Source: Bdellovibrionota bacterium
Lineage (GTDB): Bacteria > Bdellovibrionota_C > UBA2361 > CAKMMH01
NCBI GenBank assembly: GCA_034180415.1
Contig: JAXFOK010000059.1
Coordinates: forward strand, 31,772 to 95,771
Direction: 5' to 3'
DNA length: 64,000 nt
Part shown: piece after piece, positions 9,223 to 18,594 of the stretch
Numbering within the stretch: the stretch's first letter is position 1
Layout of the letters: the number at the start of each line of letters is the position of its first letter
Position numbers and translations under genes: made by a program
Notes under the pieces: model-generated
What the model was told of the DNA's origin: nothing
The model's database searches: none
The model's input: the letters and a program-made list of their open reading frames with translations, nothing else

Positions 9223-10476
9223 TTAAATTAAACATACCTTAAAAGTAACATTTCCAAAAGTAACAATATCTTTATCTTTTATTATTTCACTTTCTTCAGA
9301 TAACTCAATTACTTCATCACTATTAAAATGTTTTAAAGTAGTCACGTTTTCTCCAAACGGATCAAGAAGAGTTATTTTATTGCTTGTTATCTTCATGACA
9401 GCATGCATTACAGCAATTGACTCATCATTAATAACAAGCGAATTCATGTTTTTATTCATTTGTGAAGTTATAACTAATTTACCTTCTCTTAATTCATAAA
9501 AATCACCATTTGGATTATTATTAAAAGTGATTAAAAAACCTATTAATGGCGTTTGCTCTTTCCAATAAATACCATTTCTTATATCTTTGAATTTATCTTC
9601 TAATTTTAACTGAGTAGCTTTATATTCATCATTTTCTTTTTTTGGGGTAACTAGCGCTTCTTGTTCTTGATTATTTTTATTTACATGTGAAGTATTCGCA
9701 ATATTATTATTTGTATCATTTGCTTGTGATGCTCCCTTTTGTAAAATCATACCATGAGAGATAGGTTCATTATTATCGCTTAAACCATTATTAACTTCAC
9801 CTCCTATATCATCAAATATACTTGATGAATAATTATTAGTTTCATTCGAATTATTATTTTCTAGTCCTTGATTATTTGTGTCCTCAATATTTAATATATT
9901 ATAAATATTTTCCTTATCATTTTGAGACTTAGTACCATTTTTATATTCAAATTTTTCAAACATTTCATTTTCAGACTCTAATTCTTTAATAAGAGAATTT
10001 TTAACAGAAGATTCTTGTTCTATTTGATCAAGTACTAAATCTTTTATAATTTTAGATGCTATCTCTTCAGTTTCCTTTTTTGCTCTTGAAACTTCAAGTT
10101 TTTGATGTTCTTTATTGCAATTATTAACTAAAACTTCTTCATTATTTGCAAGACTCTCCTGAATTTGTTTTATAGGATTTTCGCCTGCAAAAATACTATA
10201 ATCTTTATCATCATTTATAACTACATCAGTCGTATCTTTTCGTTTATTCTTATCATCTCCATCATTACTATCATTACTTTCAGGTTTACCATTATTATAA
10301 AAGAAATTTTGAGGTAAAGTATCAGCTAATTTTTCTTTCTCTTTAATATTTCCTTTATCATCATCAAATAAGGATTCTAAATTATATTCTTCTAATTGAG
10401 AGCGAATCTCCTTTGTAATATCAGGCCCTAACATTACAGTTTTTGTTCGTTCTCTTTTTTCATTATTTTCAGTCAT
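9223..10476 (-). CDS. FHA-domain protein with long low-complexity N-terminus
   Basis: The C-terminal ~100 aa is FHA-like (GDFYELREGKLVITS...LVINDESIAVMHAVMKI...VTFGNVTFKV). Its stop is 1 nt from the kinase start. Confidence 0.75.
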   Translation of the reverse strand: MTENNEKRERTKTVMLGPDITKEIRSQLEEYNLESLFDDDKGNIKEKEKLADTLPQNFFYNNGKPESNDSNDGDDKNKRKDTTDVVINDDKDYSIFAGENPIKQIQESLANNEEVLVNNCNKEHQKLEVSRAKKETEEIASKIIKDLVLDQIEQESSVKNSLIKELESENEMFEKFEYKNGTKSQNDKENIYNILNIEDTNNQGLENNNSNETNNYSSSIFDDIGGEVNNGLSDNNEPISHGMILQKGASQANDTNNNIANTSHVNKNNQEQEALVTPKKENDEYKATQLKLEDKFKDIRNGIYWKEQTPLIGFLITFNNNPNGDFYELREGKLVITSQMNKNMNSLVINDESIAVMHAVMKITSNKITLLDPFGENVTTLKHFNSDEVIELSEESEIIKDKDIVTFGNVTFKVCLI

Positions 10477-10485
10477 ATTAGCCTC

Positions 10486-11469
10486 TTAATTTAAACCTAC
10501 TAAAAAAAACATTATAGATATAAAATTAAACAATATTACTAAAATTATTAAATGTAATACATAAATATTATTATCAATTTGATATTCTTCTATTCCAGAA
10601 TCATAATTATCGTCATCAAAAGAATCCTCCTTAGAATCATCGATTGATACATTATAGCCTGGAGGTAATACGTTTCTTAATTGTCCTATTAAAGGAATGG
10701 TAACTATTGATATATTATCCTTACTCCCATTTGCAATAGCTTCTTGTGTTAATTCCTCACAAACGGATTTATAGTTACCAGCGCAATTTGATATTTTATC
10801 TGCTACGTCCTGAATATTTATATACTCATACAATCCATCACTACATAAAATTATTACATCATTACCTTCTACATCACAATCTTTACTATCCCATATCCAC
10901 AATGGGAATACTGAAATATTAACATTTGGAACAGCACCTAACATTCTAGTTAGCACATGCTTTCTTTCTACTAAATCTTCTTGACTTGGGCTTATTCCAT
11001 GACTTTTTAACTCTTGAATATATGTATGATCTGTTGTTAACTGTTGAATTACATTATCTCTTAATAAGTATGCTCTGCAATTACCAATATTTGCTAAGCA
11101 CATCTCTCTATCTCTAACTAGAACACCTGTAAAAGAAGCTCCTATTTCACTATAACTAGCTTTCGTTTTTCTAAGCAATATCAGTCTATTTGCTTCACGT
11201 AGTGATTGAGTAATTGCATACTTTAACGGCCTAAACTCGTATAACTTCAATTCTCTTGTAATTGCATCAATACTTATTTGTGTGACAAACTCCCCTGTTT
11301 CACTACTTCCTACCCCATCAAAAACACCTAAGAAAAAGCAAGATTGTAATTGTAAATCAAAAATTGCATCTTCATTAACTTCCATCTTATTAGAAGTCGT
11401 ATGCGAGCAAATGTTATTAACATCAATAAAACTACTGGGATTTTTTGATAAAATTTTTCTAGTTTTCAT
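10486..11469 (-). CDS. PP2C-family Ser/Thr phosphatase, C-terminally membrane-anchored
   Basis: PPM motifs are present: FLGVFDGVGS, ILCSDGLYEY, GSKDNISIV. There is a C-terminal TM helix. The first ATG is at 11469; the track start at 11487 is TTG. Confidence 0.85.
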   Translation of the reverse strand: MKTRKILSKNPSSFIDVNNICSHTTSNKMEVNEDAIFDLQLQSCFFLGVFDGVGSSETGEFVTQISIDAITRELKLYEFRPLKYAITQSLREANRLILLRKTKASYSEIGASFTGVLVRDREMCLANIGNCRAYLLRDNVIQQLTTDHTYIQELKSHGISPSQEDLVERKHVLTRMLGAVPNVNISVFPLWIWDSKDCDVEGNDVIILCSDGLYEYINIQDVADKISNCAGNYKSVCEELTQEAIANGSKDNISIVTIPLIGQLRNVLPPGYNVSIDDSKEDSFDDDNYDSGIEEYQIDNNIYVLHLIILVILFNFISIMFFLVGLN

Positions 11470-11564
11470 ATATTTTATAACTCGCAAAAAATTTTTAAAA
11501 ATGTTATTACAGTTATTATTGTCGCGTAAAACTTTAAAAAACTTAAAAACAATCTACTTTGCTT

Positions 11565-12836
11565 ATGGAATATTTAGAAAAATTTAACTTAGCAACAAAA
11601 AACACTGTTTATTTTTTATTAAATGTAAAAGAACAGGCACTACTTAAAGACTTAGCTTTAAAATTACAATTATCAGTTCAAGATATTAAAATTATTAGTG
11701 AAATCCTAAAAGATTTAAGCACTTGGGATAAAAAATATATTAATTTTATTGAAAATTTGTTAGCTAATTTTTACTCAAATATTAAAACAAAAAGTAATAA
11801 CCCTAAAATTATAAAAAATAAAATAATTTCAGAAATCAAACAGTATTATGAAAACACAAAATCAGAAAAGAAAAAATATATTGAGAAAACCTTAAAGGAA
11901 GCATCAATTGATGGATTAAAATGCATAAAAAAGGATATATCATCAAATATTTTTGGAGCCTGTCCTGTGTATTCTGAAAAAACAGTATGTTGTGGTTTGA
12001 AAACATTAGATGTCGTTCAAAATTGTCCTTTTAACTGTTCTTATTGCACAATTCAAACATTTTATGGAAATGATTTTATATTTGTTAATAATTTAAAAGA
12101 AAAATTAAATACACTAAATTTAGATAAAAAAAAATTTTATCATATAGGCACAGGCCAATCATCTGATGCACTAGTTTGGGGAAACAAATACAATATATTA
12201 GATGAATTAATCAATTTTGCAAAAAATAATCCAAATGTTCTTCTAGAATTAAAGACAAAATCTTCAAACATTTCATATTTTAAAGATAATATTATTCCTA
12301 AAAATATTGTATGTTCATGGACAATAAATACTAATAAAGTTATTCAAAATGAAGAACTAGGCACTGCTTCCTTAGAAAGTAGGTTAAATAGCGCAAAGCA
12401 GCTTGCAAATCATGGAATAAAAATAGCTTTTCATTTTCACCCTATTATTTTTTATGAAGGATTAGAAAATGAATATAATGAAATTGCACAGTATATACAA
12501 GAAAATTTTTCGCCTAAAGATATTTCTTTTATAAGTTTTGGAAGTTTAACATTCATAAAACCAGTTATCAAACAAATTCGTGAAAAGAAAGTGAATACTA
12601 AGATACTTCAAATGCCAACTGCATTAGATCCAAACGGTAAAATAACTTATCCAAAGGATTTAAAAATTTATTTATATAAAATGATGTATGAAAATTTTAA
12701 AAAATTTCACGATAAAGTATTTTTTTATTTATGTATGGAAACAAGGGATATCTGGCAAGAAGTCTTTTCTTTCTGCTACAAAGATAATGAAGAATTTTTA
12801 CAAGATTTTGGCTTAAAAACTTTAAATTTTAAGTAA
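11565..12836 (+). CDS. Radical SAM protein, spore-photoproduct-lyase/DNA-photolyase-like family, with N-terminal extension
   Basis: It has the CxxxCxxC cluster CPFNCSYC and a ~140-aa N-terminal region with no recognised motif. ATG at 11565. Confidence 0.6.
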   Translation: MEYLEKFNLATKNTVYFLLNVKEQALLKDLALKLQLSVQDIKIISEILKDLSTWDKKYINFIENLLANFYSNIKTKSNNPKIIKNKIISEIKQYYENTKSEKKKYIEKTLKEASIDGLKCIKKDISSNIFGACPVYSEKTVCCGLKTLDVVQNCPFNCSYCTIQTFYGNDFIFVNNLKEKLNTLNLDKKKFYHIGTGQSSDALVWGNKYNILDELINFAKNNPNVLLELKTKSSNISYFKDNIIPKNIVCSWTINTNKVIQNEELGTASLESRLNSAKQLANHGIKIAFHFHPIIFYEGLENEYNEIAQYIQENFSPKDISFISFGSLTFIKPVIKQIREKKVNTKILQMPTALDPNGKITYPKDLKIYLYKMMYENFKKFHDKVFFYLCMETRDIWQEVFSFCYKDNEEFLQDFGLKTLNFK

Positions 12837-12937
12837 GAATTCATTGAAAATTAAAAAATCATGATTACTATTGTAATCTGTTAGAGATATTTAATAATTT
12901 TAATAATAAATTGTTATTATTGTATTAGAGGTTAAAA

Positions 12938-14410
12938 ATGAAAAAAATAATATTTTTTATATTAACTTTATTTTTATTTTCAAATATATCACTTGCACAA
13001 GATGTTGCTATAAACAACTATAATGATCAAAATGATTCAAACATCAAAAATGATTTTCAATATGCTCAAAGTCTATCAAATGTTTTTAAATATGTTGCTA
13101 AAAACATTACTCCTTCAATTGTAAATATTAAAAGCACAAAAAAGATAAAAAGATCATCAACCAAACAGTTTATGATTGATCCAAGAATGCAACACTTTTT
13201 TGATTTTTTCGATAAAGATTTTTTTGATAATCTTGATGAAAATGCAACTCCTGAAATTCAGCAGGGTTCGGGAACAGGCGTAATTATTGATAAAGATGGT
13301 CATATAATTACAAATAATCATGTAATTGATGAGGCTGATACAATAGAAGTTAAGCTTTCAAATGACGAAGTATATCAAGCAAAAATTATTGGACAAGACC
13401 CAAATAGCGACCTAGCAGTGTTAAAAATTGATGCAAAAGACTTAGCCCCAGCTAAACTTGGAGATTCTGATAAGGTCGAAATTGGTGAATGGGTAATAGC
13501 AGGAGGAAATCCTTTTGGGTTAGATAACACAATTACAACTGGTATTGTTAGTGCTAGAGGACGTACATTATCAGGTGGTTCTAAATATGAGGATTATATT
13601 CAAACTGACGCTGCTATAAATCCTGGAAATAGTGGTGGTCCACTTGTTAATTTGAAATCTGAAGTTATAGGAATCAATACTGCAATATTTTCTAAAAATG
13701 GTGGTTATATGGGAATTGGTTTTGCTATTCCATCTAATATGGTAAGAAGTATTGTCGATAGTTTAATAACTACAGGAAAAGTTATTAGAGGTTGGCTCGG
13801 TATTGGAATTCAAGATTTATCTCAAAATCTTTCTAAATCATTTGGATACACAGGTACAAAAGGTGCTCTTGTAAGCTATATTGAAAAGGATAGCCCTGCA
13901 GAGAAAGGTGGAGTAAAGCAAGGCGATATTATTATGAAAATTAATGATGTAGAAATAAAAGATAGCAATCATTTAAAAAACATAGTTGCTGAAAATAAAC
14001 CAAAAAATAAAGTAACTCTTACAATATTTAGGGATAAAAAACAATTAAATGTTGATGTTAAACTAGGTGAATTAAAAGGAGATAAAGAAACTTTATCAAA
14101 TCAATCTGATAAAGATAAAGATATATTACTTGAAAAATTAGGTATTTCACTTGAAAAACTTAACGACGATAATAAGTCATTATTTAAATTTAAAAATGAA
14201 AAAGGACTTGTAATAACAAAAGTTACACCAGGTTCTATAGCTCAAATAGCTGGTTTATCAAGAGGCGAATTAATAGTTAATGTTAATGGTAAAGTGATAG
14301 ATAATATTAAAGATTTTGAAGCCATTGTAAATAATGAGTTAAAAAATGGTATAAGACTTTTAATAGAAGATTCGAAAATGGAACATTTTGTTTTTTTACA
14401 ATCTAACTAA
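12938..14410 (+). CDS. htrA: HtrA/DegP-family periplasmic serine protease with two PDZ domains
   Basis: It has a signal peptide and the catalytic triad contexts TNNHVI, DLAVLKI and GNSGGPL. Two PDZ-like segments follow. Confidence 0.9.
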   Translation: MKKIIFFILTLFLFSNISLAQDVAINNYNDQNDSNIKNDFQYAQSLSNVFKYVAKNITPSIVNIKSTKKIKRSSTKQFMIDPRMQHFFDFFDKDFFDNLDENATPEIQQGSGTGVIIDKDGHIITNNHVIDEADTIEVKLSNDEVYQAKIIGQDPNSDLAVLKIDAKDLAPAKLGDSDKVEIGEWVIAGGNPFGLDNTITTGIVSARGRTLSGGSKYEDYIQTDAAINPGNSGGPLVNLKSEVIGINTAIFSKNGGYMGIGFAIPSNMVRSIVDSLITTGKVIRGWLGIGIQDLSQNLSKSFGYTGTKGALVSYIEKDSPAEKGGVKQGDIIMKINDVEIKDSNHLKNIVAENKPKNKVTLTIFRDKKQLNVDVKLGELKGDKETLSNQSDKDKDILLEKLGISLEKLNDDNKSLFKFKNEKGLVITKVTPGSIAQIAGLSRGELIVNVNGKVIDNIKDFEAIVNNELKNGIRLLIEDSKMEHFVFLQSN

Positions 14411-14418
14411 TTTTTTTT

Positions 14419-14445
14419 AAATCTACTAGTATTACTAGTAGATTT
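14419..14445. terminator. Perfect 13-bp-arm palindrome after htrA
   Basis: The sequence is AAATCTACTAGTA-T-TACTAGTAGATTT, flanked by a T-run on the left and A/T on the right. Confidence 0.45.
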
Positions 14446-14492
14446 AAATTAGAATTACTTATAGTAAATTTAAATGCTTATTAGGATAAAAA

Positions 14493-14909
14493 ATGACATT
14501 TTCTATTAAATACTTAGGAAAAGAAAATAAAGAATTACTAAACGAAATCTCAAAGCGAGTTACTTCTAAAATAAGTAACCAATCGTACACAGAAGATGAA
14601 ATAAAATGCATAAAAGATTTTAGTGTTAAGATTTTAAATAATAATGTCAATATTTCAAAAAAGAGTCTTGAACAAATCAGATTTCTTTGTCAAAGATATG
14701 ATAATAGGTTAAATCCTATTAATATGGTATCTCACCGTAAATATATAGGAAAATTTATAACACTTGCAAAGAAAATAGTGTATAGATTTACAAATTTTGC
14801 ACTTAAAAACTACATTAACCAGCAAAATGAATTTAATGCAGGAGTTATAAAAACGCTTATTAGTTTAGAAAATGATAAAACTACAAAAAATATCGAATGT
14901 AAAAAATGA
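14493..14909 (+). CDS. Hypothetical protein
   Basis: This is a 138-aa ORF with no recognised motif. Confidence 0.4.
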   Translation: MTFSIKYLGKENKELLNEISKRVTSKISNQSYTEDEIKCIKDFSVKILNNNVNISKKSLEQIRFLCQRYDNRLNPINMVSHRKYIGKFITLAKKIVYRFTNFALKNYINQQNEFNAGVIKTLISLENDKTTKNIECKK

Positions 14910-14946
14910 TACCCAGAGATAGTTGTATTAGAATTTTCACGTAATC

Positions 14947-15912
14947 CTAATTTGGCATTTGTTTTACATTTTTTAGCATCCTAAAAGGAATAAGAATATT
15001 TTGTCCAATTTTAAGATTTGATGCATCTTCAAGAGAATTAAACTTTTCTATTTCTACTGCATTTATTTCATTTCCTGTATACCAAAAAGAAATCGCCTGT
15101 AAGGTTTCAGTGTAACTTTTAACGGTGTGAACTACATTTCCCATATTGTCTCGTCTTGCATATCCTTTAGACATAGCAATAGCCATCTTATCTAAATTAA
15201 TTGGTTTATATGTAGTTAAATCTTCAAGGTCTTTAAGAAAATCATCGTTTCCACTTTGATCTACTGAAGGAGCTTCAACACTTTGAGTTTTTTTAACTTC
15301 AGTACTTACCTTTTTAACAACCTTCTTTTGAGGAGTATATTTTTTCCTGACAATTTTCCTTTGTGGTGGAACCTTAGGAAGTTTAGATACATCAACTATC
15401 TTACTATCTATATCATTTTCGATAATATTTGATCTATTGATACCATTAACATTTGACGAAAAATACATTTCCTTTCCATCTATTAGAAATGGTGTATCCT
15501 TTTTACTGGTATCCATTACATTTCTAATATTTTTTAAATCTCTCCAGTTTGGAATTCTAGGTCCTTTAATAATCCACTCACGTCTATTGTTTTTTAAAAT
15601 TTTAGGATCTGCAATATATACTTCTTTTGCATCGTAGTAATATAAAAAAAATCTATCATTATTAAATGATCTTCTGACTATTTCAATTGCATCAGGCGCT
15701 CCTCGTTTTTTTAAAAAATTATATAAAAATGTACTTTGTTCCATTTCTCTTGATAAAAATAAGTTAGCACCAACATAAGCTTGTTCTTTACTAACAGGAA
15801 GAATTCCTTGATTAACTAGTGAAGGATAATTTGTTATTTTATAATAACAAGATGTTAAAAAAACTAAAAATAATAGACCTAGTATCTTTGTTTTCATATT
15901 ATATTTTTTCAT
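14947..15912 (-). CDS. Lipoprotein with C-terminal LysM domain
   Basis: It has the lipobox FLTSC and a C-terminal LysM (HTVKSYTETLQAISFWYTG...IGQNILIP). The start is ATG 15912 or 15897; the track start at 15933 is TTG. Confidence 0.7.
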   Translation of the reverse strand: MKKYNMKTKILGLLFLVFLTSCYYKITNYPSLVNQGILPVSKEQAYVGANLFLSREMEQSTFLYNFLKKRGAPDAIEIVRRSFNNDRFFLYYYDAKEVYIADPKILKNNRREWIIKGPRIPNWRDLKNIRNVMDTSKKDTPFLIDGKEMYFSSNVNGINRSNIIENDIDSKIVDVSKLPKVPPQRKIVRKKYTPQKKVVKKVSTEVKKTQSVEAPSVDQSGNDDFLKDLEDLTTYKPINLDKMAIAMSKGYARRDNMGNVVHTVKSYTETLQAISFWYTGNEINAVEIEKFNSLEDASNLKIGQNILIPFRMLKNVKQMPN

Positions 15913-16033
15913 AATTAAAATTTTTAATAGCAATTTTTAAAATTTTTGAATAAAATTAGTATTATAAAATCATCTAATCAGTATATAAGATGACTTTTAA
16001 AGTAAAAAAGCATCAAAAAATGGAAAAAATATT

Positions 16034-16984
16034 ATGAAAATTGCAGCCACTGAAAATTATTTATGTAGGATAATCAAGGCGTTAGGCTACGAGAGTAATC
16101 TTGTAGGTATTCCAGAATCTTTTGAAGTACAAAACAATGAAGAAAATGAAGATCAAATTGATAATCAAAATGAAATTCAAATTATCGCTCAAAATCGAAA
16201 TTCTGATAATAAATTAAATAAACATAATAAATTACTATCACTTCCACTATCAATCGAGAATAATATTTTATTTAATAATTTAAATAAAACTAATTGCGAT
16301 GCTCTTTTTATGGCCGTAAAAGAAAAAAACTCAAAAGAAGTTAAAGAATCTATTTCTTATATTCGCTCTATCATTAATTTTGAAAAAGACATTTATTTAT
16401 TTGAATATAATTCCGTTAAAAAAATCCTTGATTCAATAAATGAAATTGGAGAATTACTAGGAAGAAAATCTCAGGCAATGCAAATTGTAAAAAGAAATGA
16501 AGGTCAACTAAAGAGTCTTACTGACGGTTTTTACGAAAGAATAAAAAACAAAAGAGTCTTAGTTTTAAAAAGTATAGAACCACTTGAATGTTATGGAATG
16601 TGGGTAAATGATTTAATCTCTAATGTATGTGCAAAAAATGTAATAACAGAACCTAATAATATAGGTAAAGAAATTTCTTGGGACGAAATAAGAGAACTAA
16701 ATCCTCACACTATTATCGTAGCACCTAAAAATTGTACGTTAGATGAATCTTTAAAAACATTTAAAATATTAGAGAAACTTCCAATGTGGGATGAACTTCC
16801 TGCGGTAATAAGAACAGAAGTTTATTTTTGTAATGGTTTTTCTTTTCAAGATCCTTTAAGAGCTATTACCGAGGGAAGTATATATTTGGTTTCATGTATT
16901 GCGGGGTTAAATCCTGGAGATATTACTAAAAGAGATTCTTATAGAAGACTTCGTTGGGTAGAGTTAATGAGACATAAGTTATAA
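16034..16984 (+). CDS. Periplasmic-binding-protein-like (TroA/BtuF-type fold?) protein without signal peptide
   Basis: The C-terminal half resembles class III substrate-binding proteins (KRVLVLKSIEPLECYG...NPHTIIVAP). It has an N/E/Q-rich insertion and no N-terminal signal. The assignment is weak. Confidence 0.35.
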   Translation: MKIAATENYLCRIIKALGYESNLVGIPESFEVQNNEENEDQIDNQNEIQIIAQNRNSDNKLNKHNKLLSLPLSIENNILFNNLNKTNCDALFMAVKEKNSKEVKESISYIRSIINFEKDIYLFEYNSVKKILDSINEIGELLGRKSQAMQIVKRNEGQLKSLTDGFYERIKNKRVLVLKSIEPLECYGMWVNDLISNVCAKNVITEPNNIGKEISWDEIRELNPHTIIVAPKNCTLDESLKTFKILEKLPMWDELPAVIRTEVYFCNGFSFQDPLRAITEGSIYLVSCIAGLNPGDITKRDSYRRLRWVELMRHKL

Positions 16985-17116
16985 TTAGGTAACTGCTCTC
17001 TGCATTTTGCAATCACCTTTCTGCTGAATACAGAAATACTACGCACCAAAAGAAAAAGTCTCAAAAATTTTTTTAATGAGCTATTTTCTTCTAATGCTAA
17101 GATTTAAAGTAGAAAA

Positions 17117-17235
17117 GGGCTTTAGGTAGCAGGTGCTGGTAGCTTAAATGCTAAAATCAAAAGCCGGAATCGGCTATCAGATTTCGGTATCGGTACTCTG
17201 GTTTCCTAGTAGCAGGTAGCTAATAGCGGATTACT
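17117..17235. repeat. GC-enriched intergenic element made of C(A/T)GGT words, related to 22328-22413
   Basis: It shares the exact 11-mer TATCAGATTTC (17175-17185 vs 22386-22396). GGTTTCCTAGTAGCAGGT matches GGTTTTCTAGCTACAGGT at 14/18 positions. GGCTTTAG vs GGCTTTAAG also match. CAGGT/CTGGT words occur repeatedly. Confidence 0.5.
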
Positions 17236-17293
17236 GATTTTAATCATCTTCCCCTATTGCAAAACAAACAAAAGTAAAATAAACTTTAACTTT

Positions 17294-18067
17294 ATGAGTG
17301 ATTTTAAATACTTATTTCAAGACAAATATCAAAATCAATTTGGTGGTATTACATTTACTGCATTTACCGACTTGCTAAAAACATTAAATGAAAAATATTA
17401 TGTAAGTTCAATTCAAATCATTGAGTCTGCATCATTTAGTCTTGCAATGGTTATAAGATCTCATCTAGGACTATCTGCAGAAGGTGGAAAGATTGGCATC
17501 ATTGCAAAAGATAATTTAGCTGGCTCACTTGCATTAGCAGCTGCAAGACGACTTTACAATGCGGGAACAAATTCTACTATTATCATTCCACAAAAAGAAC
17601 TAGGTACCCTATCAAAAGATTTTCAGCTTCAGGCAGAGGCAGTCTCTGCCTTAGGATTAGAACTTTTAGTTATTGATCCTAAAGAAAATGAAGATAGTTT
17701 AAATGAATTATTCCAAAGTTCTGATAATGTTCTTATGGGAACATTTGATAACAATGCATACAAAGATGATAATTTAAATTTTCTTGCTGATATGCTAAAC
17801 GAGCTTAGTACACCTATTCATAGCATTATTTGTCCCCATGGGATATGTCAAGATACAGGAAAGAAATTATCAACTCCTATATATTCATCATCTACCCTAT
17901 CACTAGGTATACCTCTTAGTGGTTTAAATGGAGCAAATGATTTTTTGGGTAGGCATTATATATGTGAAATTTCAGTACCTAAAGAAGAAGCTAAATTATT
18001 AGCAAATATACCTGAAACTTTATTTTCTGAACAACCAGTGTGCCAAATATTTAAGAAAAAAGATTAA
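17294..18067 (+). CDS. YjeF-N (NAD(P)HX epimerase)-like protein, glycine motif degenerate
   Basis: The layout is typical of YjeF_N (ESASFSLAMVI...KIGIIAKDNLAGSLALAAARRLYNAG). The usual GNNGGDG motif is replaced by KDNLAGS. Confidence 0.4.
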   Translation: MSDFKYLFQDKYQNQFGGITFTAFTDLLKTLNEKYYVSSIQIIESASFSLAMVIRSHLGLSAEGGKIGIIAKDNLAGSLALAAARRLYNAGTNSTIIIPQKELGTLSKDFQLQAEAVSALGLELLVIDPKENEDSLNELFQSSDNVLMGTFDNNAYKDDNLNFLADMLNELSTPIHSIICPHGICQDTGKKLSTPIYSSSTLSLGIPLSGLNGANDFLGRHYICEISVPKEEAKLLANIPETLFSEQPVCQIFKKKD

Positions 18068-18081
18068 CTTTTATTTAAATA

Positions 18082-18594
18082 CTAATTATTAACTTTTGGT
18101 ATACTTACATCGAGTAAAGGTTTTATGCTTTCTTTTACAATATAATCCAAAATATTTCTTAATGTGATATGCGCAATAGGATATCCATTATCATCAATTA
18201 TTGGAAATTGCTTAAAACCTCCGTCCGATAATATATTTAAAACATAAGCTATTGTATGGTCCATTTTTCCACTTAAAACATCTTTTGTCATATATAAAGA
18301 AACTTCATTATTTTCAAAATCTTTATCTTTTAAACTCTTTAACACTAAATCTCTTTCTGTGTATATTCCCACTAATTTTTCATCAATATTTGTTACAAAT
18401 ACAGCTTCACATTTATGAGTTTGAAATAATGGGATTATATCTTTTATTAAAGTATCCTCTTTAACAAGTATTGGTTCTTTAGGTTCAAGAATTGATATTG
18501 GTTTTGCCAAGAACTCAGTATTTAGTGGGCCGATTGTCACATTTTCTGTAGCATCTAACATAAATCTTAAATCTTGTTCATTCTGTTTATTCAT
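18082..18594 (-). CDS. CBS-domain pair protein
   Basis: It has two CBS-like repeats (VFVTNIDEKLVGIYTERDL; FPIIDDNGYPIAHITLRNIL). It overlaps the upstream gene by 8 nt. Confidence 0.7.
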   Translation of the reverse strand: MNKQNEQDLRFMLDATENVTIGPLNTEFLAKPISILEPKEPILVKEDTLIKDIIPLFQTHKCEAVFVTNIDEKLVGIYTERDLVLKSLKDKDFENNEVSLYMTKDVLSGKMDHTIAYVLNILSDGGFKQFPIIDDNGYPIAHITLRNILDYIVKESIKPLLDVSIPKVNN

